Source: Promethearchaeota archaeon
Lineage (GTDB): Archaea > Asgardarchaeota > Lokiarchaeia > Sigyniarchaeales > SOKP01
Assembly (NCBI GenBank): GCA_016926735.1
Contig: JAFGOA010000142.1
Coordinates: forward strand, 1 to 14,727
Direction: 5' to 3'
DNA length: 14,727 nucleotides
Each line of letters opens with the position of its first letter. Within the stretch, counting starts at the first letter, position 1. This document shows, one piece after another, positions 1-7,496 of the stretch. The notes beneath the pieces are model-generated. The model made no database searches. It was not told where the DNA came from and saw nothing but the letters and a program-made list of their open reading frames with translations. A program made the translations under genes and the position numbers.

Positions 1-74
1 AAATATAAATATAATATTCAATTCATTAGAATAAAAAAAGTTTGAAGCAAAATCAAGATAATGTCCAGTAAAAA

Positions 75-374
75 ATGGAAAAAAAACAATATCGTAGCTC
101 AAATATGATTATTCAAAACATATTAGAAGCAATTTTACGAGAAAAAAAAAAAAACCCTGTGAAAAATAAAGGCATAAAGAAATCACATTTGATCTCATTT
201 TGTAATTTGAAAACTTATACTGCTGAAAAATATCTTATTAAAATGACAAATGCAGGATATATTGAACATAATGAAGAATCTTGGGGTGAAAGAATTATTA
301 ATATATACAATATTACAAAACTTGGAAAGGAGCGGTATGAATGGTTTGTAAAAATAAATACAGAAATAAGCTGA
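75..374 (+). CDS. Winged helix-turn-helix DNA-binding protein (archaeal HTH_45/COG3432-like predicted transcriptional regulator)
   Basis: 99 aa with the pattern 'IIQNILEAI...KKSHLISFCNLKTYTAEKYLIKMTNAGYIE...IYNITKLGKE'. This is an HTH followed by the wing motif Y-x-I-T-x-x-G typical of small archaeal wHTH regulators. Confidence 0.8.
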   Translation: MEKKQYRSSNMIIQNILEAILREKKKNPVKNKGIKKSHLISFCNLKTYTAEKYLIKMTNAGYIEHNEESWGERIINIYNITKLGKERYEWFVKINTEIS

Positions 375-409
375 TATTTAGAGGATTTTTAAGAATAAAA
401 AAATAAAAG

Positions 410-1081
410 TTGAGCATTATGAGTAGTATGGATAAAATTGATAAATGGGGATTGAATTATATCAGGAAAACAAGATTTTATTTAGAATTAAGTGCAATTT
501 TTCCCATTTACATTGTTATTGTGGGAATAATTAATTTTGTTTTCTTAATTTACGTAAATATAACTACGATAGAATCTCAAAAAGTTATTCCTATTCATGC
601 AATAATAGTATTCACGAGCTTTTTTCTGATATTTATTTTTTCCTTATTACAATTTTTATTTTTAAGAAAATGGAATATTAAAATCAAAGAATATAATAAA
701 ATAGTAAAAACAAATAATAATAAAATTAATAATTATGAAGATGAGAAAAATCGTAAAAATTTAGCTAACAAACCCTCATTAATAGATATTTTTTATGATG
801 TTTTAAATCATATGGAAAAAATAAGAATATTATTCATTATCCTTAACATTATTTCAATAATTTATATTTTCTATAATGTTATGATTTTTATTAGATTATT
901 TGTTTTTTTAAAAGCACCAATTATAATGACTTTTAACATTATTCGATATCTTAATATTAGCGTAGCTATTGTATTAGTATCATATTTAATATATTTGTGG
1001 TACCATTTTACCAAATGGAATATAAAACTAAAAAAAATCAAGAATTACGAAGAAATGGTTACCAGAGAGCTTAATTTATAA
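410..1081 (+). CDS. Hypothetical integral membrane protein (about 4 TM, two-fold internal repeat)
   Basis: Four hydrophobic stretches arranged as two hairpins, each followed by KWNIK. It starts 35 bp after the wHTH gene on the same strand. The start is uncertain (TTG 410, or ATG 419/428). Confidence 0.7.
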   Translation: MSIMSSMDKIDKWGLNYIRKTRFYLELSAIFPIYIVIVGIINFVFLIYVNITTIESQKVIPIHAIIVFTSFFLIFIFSLLQFLFLRKWNIKIKEYNKIVKTNNNKINNYEDEKNRKNLANKPSLIDIFYDVLNHMEKIRILFIILNIISIIYIFYNVMIFIRLFVFLKAPIIMTFNIIRYLNISVAIVLVSYLIYLWYHFTKWNIKLKKIKNYEEMVTRELNL

Positions 1082-1130
1082 AAAGAGGAATATCAAAGAA
1101 GTATAATTTAATTCTTACGAAATATATATC

Positions 1131-2282
1131 TTAAGACATCAATTTCATAAATAAGTCCTCATCTTCATCAATAGCAGCAGAAACATAAGGAGATACTGGA
1201 CCATTTCCTAAAGCCATTATTCGAATTTTAGATCCCAATTCTGGTACAATAGCATTTCCAACTTTTAATTGGGCAGTTGAAGGAATTTCATTCGATATTG
1301 TTGATACTATACTATCCATTATAGATAAAGTAAGATGATGATTTCCAGAAATAGACACCAAACATTTGTCAATTTCATTCGCATCTAATTCTAATAATGG
1401 ATTATGAATTGCTAATTTAGATTTTGAGATTATATCAGATTTTTCGCCAAGAGATTCAGTTATTCCAATTAATCCTGAAGGATATTTTCCTTTCTTTTCA
1501 AATACTCTCTTAACATCTGCAAAATCAATATTAATCAATCCACAACTATTTACTAAATTTACAACTTCTTTTATACTTCTTATGATGATTTCATCCATTA
1601 TTTTAAATCCTGTAATTAGGGGAACTTTAGGTAATATTTTAACAAGATTATTATTTGGAAAAGCAATCATTGTATCTGAAAATTTAGCTAAATTTTTTAG
1701 ACCTAAGTTTGCTCTATAACTCCTTTCATATCCTTCAGAATTAAAAGGAATTGTACAAAAAGATACAACTATGGAACCATTATTTTTAGCTTCTTTTGCA
1801 ATAATTGGAGCAGCTCCAGTACCTGTACCTCCACCTAATCCACATGTAATAAATACAATATCGGATTTTAAAGAGGAGTTTAATCTTTTTATATCCTCTT
1901 TAGCAGCTTCTGCTCCTATAGAGGGATCATTCCCTGATCCTAAACCATTGCAAGTCTCTTTTCCTATTAAAATTTTATAATCAGAATTTGAATAATATAA
2001 ATCATGGGCATCGGTATTAACATTAAGAGTTTTAGCACCATCTAAATTAATTTCTTGAAGTCTAGAAATTGTATTATTTCCAGCTCCACCAACACCAACT
2101 ATTTTAGATCTAATTTTGATGACATTTAATAGATCAGCTAAATAATCATCGTTATCATATTTTTTATTATAAATATTCCCTTGTTTATTCATTTGAGCTA
2201 CATGTTTAAATCTTGATCTTACATTAGAATTGATCTGAAATAAATCAGATTCAAGTTCGTTATCTTTATTTGGTTCCAACAT
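1131..2282 (-). CDS. ftsZ: Cell division GTPase FtsZ (archaeal/Asgard type)
   Basis: Motifs VGVGGAGNN, NTD, GLGSGNDP, the tubulin/FtsZ signature GLGGGTGTG, PFxxEG and the T7 loop GLINIDFADV. Confidence 0.96.
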   Translation of the reverse strand: MLEPNKDNELESDLFQINSNVRSRFKHVAQMNKQGNIYNKKYDNDDYLADLLNVIKIRSKIVGVGGAGNNTISRLQEINLDGAKTLNVNTDAHDLYYSNSDYKILIGKETCNGLGSGNDPSIGAEAAKEDIKRLNSSLKSDIVFITCGLGGGTGTGAAPIIAKEAKNNGSIVVSFCTIPFNSEGYERSYRANLGLKNLAKFSDTMIAFPNNNLVKILPKVPLITGFKIMDEIIIRSIKEVVNLVNSCGLINIDFADVKRVFEKKGKYPSGLIGITESLGEKSDIISKSKLAIHNPLLELDANEIDKCLVSISGNHHLTLSIMDSIVSTISNEIPSTAQLKVGNAIVPELGSKIRIMALGNGPVSPYVSAAIDEDEDLFMKLMS

Positions 2283-2731
2283 TTTGATCTAAAAACTCTT
2301 AATTTGAATTTTAGGTATATAATATTCAGAGTTATATTCCAGTAATATTTGAATGTAATATGAGAATATTATCATTGGAAATTTAATAGATAAATAATGA
2401 AGAATAATTTCTAAACACTAAAATAGATAGATTTTTTTTTTTATTATTCAAATTAATAAATCTAAGGACTATTTAAATTAAAATATGTAAAAGAATATTT
2501 AGAATTAATATTCTTAAAATAAAAATAAAAATAAAGGAGACTCGATATATTCAGATTTAAATTAGTCACAACTATACTAAATCTCTCTCTTGATATTTAC
2601 TATTAGAATTAATATTATAATTAAATTATGTCCGTTAGGATAAAGAATATATAATATTTTTAATGAATCTTTTTAAGATTTACCTAATAGAAGAAAAAAA
2701 ATGTTAAAAAATAGAGAATTATTGAAATCAA

Positions 2732-2749
2732 TGTCTTTCATGTAAGACA
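2732..2749. promoter_or_regulatory. Near-perfect 18-bp palindrome, possible transcription-factor operator
   Basis: TGTCTT-T-CATG-T-AAGACA has a single mismatched pair. It lies between the divergent ftsZ and Zn-ribbon genes. Confidence 0.35.
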
Positions 2750-2840
2750 ATAATTATGATCTAATAAGAAATTTAGTCATGTGAAAAGAATGAGAAAACA
2801 TAATTATATAAGTATATATTTAATTTATACTAATAGAAAT

Positions 2841-2846
2841 GGGGTG
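2841..2846 (+). promoter_or_regulatory. Shine-Dalgarno-like sequence of the Zn-ribbon gene
   Basis: GGGGTG ends 10 nt before ATG 2857 and resembles the archaeal GGAGGTG consensus. Confidence 0.5.
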
Positions 2847-2856
2847 TTTATACTAA

Positions 2857-3099
2857 ATGGAAATAGATAGATTTCATATTGATTTAGGAGCCTCAAAGAA
2901 TGATTCCACTCAACATAAGAACCCAATTCATGTTAGAGCAATAATTAGTTGCCCCAAATGTAAATATAAAAAAATATTTAAAAATCAATTCCTGCGAAGG
3001 GACATGGAATTAATGAAAACATCACTTTTAGTATTTGATTGGTTAACATGCGATAAATGTGGTGAATTACTAAATCTTGAATTAGAATTTCAAATATAA
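2857..3099 (+). CDS. Small zinc-ribbon protein (CxxC-x29-CxxC)
   Basis: CPKC and CDKCG motifs, an SD-like site upstream and a T7 run downstream. Confidence 0.75.
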   Translation: MEIDRFHIDLGASKNDSTQHKNPIHVRAIISCPKCKYKKIFKNQFLRRDMELMKTSLLVFDWLTCDKCGELLNLELEFQI

Positions 3100-3114
3100 T
3101 TCATAACAACTAGG

Positions 3115-3121
3115 TTTTTTT
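3115..3121 (+). terminator. Oligo-T archaeal terminator candidate
   Basis: T7 run 15 nt after the stop of 2857..3099, within the convergent gap. Confidence 0.4.
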
Positions 3122-3131
3122 GTCATTCTCT

Positions 3132-4217
3132 TCAATGTGGGAATATTTCCTCTATAATTGATTCAATAGGAGAAAATACACGTAATTCACCCTTCCAATT
3201 TTCAAAAATATTTTTATAGATAATTTCAATCCTTTCGATTAATTTTTTTAAATAATATTTTAAATAATCCACATTCATTTTTGAAATGATAGTTCCAATA
3301 CAATATTTTCCAGTATAAATATATAAAATATGACCCTCTTTTTCTATAATTTCAATACCTTTACCTGGAGAGAGGGAGAGATTTTTAAGCATAATATTAA
3401 TTGTTAAAAGTGCTCCTGATACAAGGGAAGCATCAATTTTTTTTTTTCCTCCAGAGTATGCTTTATAAAATAAATTTGCACCATTTAAACTTAAAATATA
3501 GAAATCCTCCACAATTGTTTTCCAATTAAATTTATAGATAAAGGGATGATTAAGTAAAAATCTGAAAATCAAGCAAATGCATATTATTTGAAGAATAGCT
3601 CCTAATAATCTAATTTCATGCCCAAGATAAAAGGTAAAAATGTCTAGTGAAATAATATTTCCAAAGATTAATAAAAGAATAGAAACAACAAATTTGAGGA
3701 TTTCTGATTTATTTTTTTCTAAATGAGGAATATTTTTTGCAATATCGAAAGCATGAATAATTAAAAACACAATTACAATAAGCCAAATTAATAAATAAAA
3801 GATTATATAAAATTCATTGATAAAAAGAATAAATATTAGAAATAGTAATACAAATATTAGCGTAGTTAGGCTAAAGAAGAATTTCATTATAAAATACTTA
3901 TTGTTTTTTTCAATAAAAAATATAAAAAGTAAAGCGCCGAATGTCATACAAACATATCTCAATTCGATAAAAAAAATCCTATAAAAGGATTCTATACTGT
4001 AAAAATCAGATAAAAGTGTAAAAAATCTCATTAAACCATAACTAATAAAGATTATAGAATATCCTAATTTTTGTTCAATCTTAATAAAATTTGTTTTTCT
4101 CTTATTACTCATTAAAAAGAAAAGGCCCAATTCAAAACAAATGATGATTAAACCCCATTCAAATGCTATTAAAGGGATTCTAATGGGATAAGCTATGGGA
4201 TAGTCTTGGAAATGCAT
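3132..4217 (-). CDS. 7-TM membrane protein fused to a C-terminal longin-like domain (paralog B)
   Basis: Seven hydrophobic segments in the first ~222 aa, then the linker HPFIYKFNWK. This is followed by a beta-beta-alpha-beta-beta-beta-alpha-alpha pattern: FYILSLNGANLFYKAY / SLVSGALLTINIMLKNL / IEIIEKEGHILYIYTGKYCIGTIIS / YLKYYLKKLIERIEIIY / FSPIESIIEEIF. An SD-like GAGGT lies upstream. Confidence 0.75.
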   Translation of the reverse strand: MHFQDYPIAYPIRIPLIAFEWGLIIICFELGLFFLMSNKRKTNFIKIEQKLGYSIIFISYGLMRFFTLLSDFYSIESFYRIFFIELRYVCMTFGALLFIFFIEKNNKYFIMKFFFSLTTLIFVLLFLIFILFINEFYIIFYLLIWLIVIVFLIIHAFDIAKNIPHLEKNKSEILKFVVSILLLIFGNIISLDIFTFYLGHEIRLLGAILQIICICLIFRFLLNHPFIYKFNWKTIVEDFYILSLNGANLFYKAYSGGKKKIDASLVSGALLTINIMLKNLSLSPGKGIEIIEKEGHILYIYTGKYCIGTIISKMNVDYLKYYLKKLIERIEIIYKNIFENWKGELRVFSPIESIIEEIFPH

Positions 4218-4229
4218 TAATGACCTCTT

Positions 4230-5384
4230 TTAGAGTAAATTATTAATTACAGATGAAAAATTACTTAACAAAATATATTTATCTTCTTTTAAATTTTCTG
4301 CATTGAGCAAAATTTCTTTATAAATCTCTTCAAATTGCTTTTTAATTAAATTTAGAAAATGATAGATACTTACTAATTCTTTTTTAATTATAAGAATGTA
4401 TGTTAGATTTGGAAATTTTTCACTTTGATCTATACAGAAAATTGAATTCTTTCTCCTTATTATATTTATTTTTTCTTTATCAGATTTAGTTATAGTTGAT
4501 ACAATTTGTTCAATCCCGATTATACCTCCAGGTAATATATCTTCAATCTCTTTTATGCTATTTTTTGCAGTTGAAATATCAATTTCATTTATTTGGATAT
4601 TTTTAAAATCATAGTAAAAGAAACATTCTTTATTATCATTATTAATAATAAATATTTTTTCCAGATTACTCCTCCATTCAAATTCATAAAAAGGGGGAAA
4701 ATCAACTAAAGAAAAATAAATGATGATAAAACCAATAAGTAATTCACTGATTCCGGTAAAATAAACTAATTCATGAATTACAGGAGGAAGAATTCCAGCA
4801 CCAACTAGAGCAGCAAAAATTAGAGAAGGAATACTAACTATTGCACCAATAAAAAATAATTTGAATTTTTTTTTAATTTTACCAATTGATTTTTTAATAA
4901 GTATTACTATAAAATGAACAATATAGAGCCCATTTGTAACAGCAAATATGATTGTTACAAAGAACAAAGGAGATTTTATCGAAGGGAGTAAAAATAATGC
5001 TATAATCGGAATAAAATTCAAGATCAATAATATCTTAGCGTAATTTAAATTAGTAACAATTGAAAAATCTTTTCTTATAATAAAAAGGGAAGGTGTAATA
5101 GTTGAAAAAAAAACTATACCCCAACCTAATCGATATATAAGATCATTTAATAAATAATCCTCAATAAATAAACGAGATATTTGTATAAAAAGAGGTCCTA
5201 TAATAATAAAAAAAATAAAAGAACCAAAAGCTAATAAAATTCTATTAAGAGGTAGATTTACATCTTTCATCTTAATATATTTATAAAAGAATGATAAGGA
5301 GACTTGAATACCTATAATAACAATTAATATATATGATAAAAATTGAATTTCTTTACTAATATCAAATTGAAGAATCATTATCAC
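4230..5384 (-). CDS. 7-TM membrane protein fused to a C-terminal longin-like domain (paralog A)
   Basis: Seven hydrophobic segments, then the linker FPPFYEFEWR, then KIFIINNDNKECFFYYDF / ILPGGIIGIEQIVSTI / INIIRRKNSIFCID..LTYILII / HFLNLIKKQFEEIY / NFSSVINNLL. It ends 12 bp before paralog B. The start is GTG 5384 or ATG 5378. Confidence 0.72.
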   Translation of the reverse strand: MIMILQFDISKEIQFLSYILIVIIGIQVSLSFFYKYIKMKDVNLPLNRILLAFGSFIFFIIIGPLFIQISRLFIEDYLLNDLIYRLGWGIVFFSTITPSLFIIRKDFSIVTNLNYAKILLILNFIPIIALFLLPSIKSPLFFVTIIFAVTNGLYIVHFIVILIKKSIGKIKKKFKLFFIGAIVSIPSLIFAALVGAGILPPVIHELVYFTGISELLIGFIIIYFSLVDFPPFYEFEWRSNLEKIFIINNDNKECFFYYDFKNIQINEIDISTAKNSIKEIEDILPGGIIGIEQIVSTITKSDKEKINIIRRKNSIFCIDQSEKFPNLTYILIIKKELVSIYHFLNLIKKQFEEIYKEILLNAENLKEDKYILLSNFSSVINNLL

Positions 5385-5499
5385 AGAATAATTTTTCTTT
5401 TAATTAGGTGAATATAAAGATTATAACACTATAATATAAAATATTTCTTATTTTATCAAGATATAGATTTGTATTTTTATCCTTTTAAATTTTATATTT

Positions 5500-5507
5500 A
5501 AAAAAAA
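5500..5507 (-). terminator. Oligo-T terminator candidate after the EndoQ gene
   Basis: A8 on + (U8 in the minus-strand transcript), 12 nt after the stop. Confidence 0.35.
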
Positions 5508-5519
5508 TGAGAAAAATTG

Positions 5520-6845
5520 TTATTCAACATCAAAATTTATAGATCCGAAAGAACCTCCTCCTCCGGGAGTGTATTGAATTGTATTTTCTCTAAATGCACC
5601 AATAATGGAACCTATTTGCTCATCGTAGTTCATAATATCTTCAAGAGGGACATTTAAGAGAATTTCAAATTCTTTTCCTAATTTTTCAATAATATCATCG
5701 TATAATTTTGTGATTGTCGTGCTATTCTTACTTTTAATTCCTTTAATAGCTCTTAACATTTCAAGTAAAGGAATAGCATTGATATATGGAGGCCTATAAG
5801 GAGGATACTTTGGTTCATCATAAGTAGAGATTGTATCTATTCTTTCACTAACACCTAATTTGACTTTATTATTTTTACCTGAAGTCTCTTTGCAAGCAAT
5901 ACAAGTCATTTTTTGGTCAGCTACATTTCGAATATATTCCTTCTTTGCATTTTCTACATCATCAGTATAGAATGTAATAAAATCTTCATTAATTGAATAA
6001 TGATTAAAATCGTTATTCTTGTTTTTTATATTTTTTTTGAAAAATATTCTTCTTCGGCATTTACCACAAAACATATTATAATATTTACCTAGTTTAGGAT
6101 GTAATCCTACATTTAATGTTATACTTCTACCATCTTTTCTTTTTATAGCAGAGAGTATTTCATCAAAAGATGGTTCATCTATATCAAATTTATTAAATTC
6201 CCTTCCTAAAGAAGATGGCTCTTGAGAATGCGCATCACTATTGCTTAGAAATGTAACATTTTTAAGAGACTCCAATCTATCTGCTAATTCCGTATTAGCG
6301 GATAATCCAAGCTCGATAAAATGTATTTTTTTTAAGGCGCCTTGATAGCAGTCTTCCAAATTTTTATATTTACCTTGTCTAAATATTGCTCTAAAGGGAG
6401 TAAAAGCATGAGCTGGACCAATGATCCCACCAGAGTCTATAATCAGTTCAGTCAATTCTGCAGGTGATAAATTTATTCTTGGTCTACCTCCATAATCAGA
6501 CAGAATATTTTTAGAATATGGTTCGAGTTTTTTTTGTATTTCTCTAACCGAATTAAAATCAGGAAAAAAAATAATTTGGTGTATTGTATCTATATCCTCT
6601 ATTTCTGTTTGAAGGATAAATGCAAGATCTTTGTATATATAAAGACCATTTTTCTTTTTTTCCAAATTTGATTCCATATATTTTAACCATTCAGGTTGTA
6701 AAATATCTCCTGTTCCTAAAACATTTAATCCTTTTTTTCTACTCGTCTCTAACATAGTATCCAAATTTAGGCTTTTAGATACTGCAATAGAGTGAGGAGA
6801 ATGTATATGTAAATCTGCGTTATATATGTTCATTTTAAAACACAT
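5520..6845 (-). CDS. Endonuclease Q family protein (PHP domain plus Zn finger, TIGR00375-like), deaminated-base DNA repair endonuclease
   Basis: Motifs DLHIHSPHS, GTGD, PAHAFTP, ELGLSA, SNSDAHS, LGREFN, GLHPKLGKY, CGKC...CIAC, GVSERI, RPPY..IPL and PGGGGSFG all match EndoQ. The real start is probably ATG 6833 (MNIYNADLH). Confidence 0.9.
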   Translation of the reverse strand: MCFKMNIYNADLHIHSPHSIAVSKSLNLDTMLETSRKKGLNVLGTGDILQPEWLKYMESNLEKKKNGLYIYKDLAFILQTEIEDIDTIHQIIFFPDFNSVREIQKKLEPYSKNILSDYGGRPRINLSPAELTELIIDSGGIIGPAHAFTPFRAIFRQGKYKNLEDCYQGALKKIHFIELGLSANTELADRLESLKNVTFLSNSDAHSQEPSSLGREFNKFDIDEPSFDEILSAIKRKDGRSITLNVGLHPKLGKYYNMFCGKCRRRIFFKKNIKNKNNDFNHYSINEDFITFYTDDVENAKKEYIRNVADQKMTCIACKETSGKNNKVKLGVSERIDTISTYDEPKYPPYRPPYINAIPLLEMLRAIKGIKSKNSTTITKLYDDIIEKLGKEFEILLNVPLEDIMNYDEQIGSIIGAFRENTIQYTPGGGGSFGSINFDVE

Positions 6846-6977
6846 ATATGAAATTTTAATATAATAAAAAGTTACATAAGTAAATTGTTAATTCCATATT
6901 AATTACAGAAGGAGGAATTATTTTTTGATACTAGTTTTTCTAATATCTTGTTTTATTTTAAAAAAAAGTATGAATGT

Positions 6978-7163
6978 TTATTCATAAGATATAAGATATG
7001 TGTATCTTGTTAAATCAAAAACATCTATTTTAAATAGGTCCTTATTCATCAATTCAAATTGAAGAGGTATTTTTACTACTAGTTTTTCATCATTTAAATA
7101 TAAATTATCATAAAATACTCTATTATATTTATCATAATCTATGAATTTTGTCATAATTTTCAT
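6978..7163 (-). CDS. Small hypothetical protein (61 aa)
   Basis: ATG-initiated ORF with a protein-like composition, followed by a U8 tract (A8 at 6960-6967). No recognisable motif. Confidence 0.45.
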   Translation of the reverse strand: MKIMTKFIDYDKYNRVFYDNLYLNDEKLVVKIPLQFELMNKDLFKIDVFDLTRYTYLISYE

Positions 7164-7496
7164 CTCGTTTTATTTAATTATCATTTTATTACTAATTTTA
7201 TTAGTGTATATATAGTAAATTATTGCTTAAGATTATTTTAAGCCTTATACCAATATTATATTGAGCCCATATAGTTTTATATAGTAAGAAAGATAAAATA
7301 ACCTACTATTCAAATTACTTTCTCTCATCTAAATATGAGAAGTATACTACCTTTAGGTCGTATTAATTCATTAGCCCTATTATGTAAAATTGATGATATA
7401 ATTAATATTTTACTATTTATTAGTCAATTAAAAAGTTAATTAAATAAAAACACTAATATATTTCTTTAATTTTTTCATAACATATATTAGCAATAA

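Noticed and set aside
1771-1980. 69-aa + strand ORF
   Set aside because: Antisense shadow lying entirely inside ftsZ. Its Pro-rich text is the reverse complement of the Gly-rich motifs.
3132-5384. Microbial rhodopsin or 7TM histidine kinase
   Set aside because: There is no retinal-binding Lys in helix 7 of either protein and no HisKA/HATPase motifs in the C-terminal domains.
6905-6920. ACAGAAGGAGGAATTA resembles the 3' conserved region of RNase P RNA
   Set aside because: There is no upstream GAGGAAAGUCC-type element, and the space upstream is occupied by the EndoQ gene.
7335-7439. 34-aa + strand ORF (MRSILPLGRINSLALLCKIDDIINILLFISQLKS) whose ATG sits in a TCTCAT/ATGAGA hairpin
   Set aside because: No SD or motif, and the length is within chance. 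It is not supportable without conservation data.
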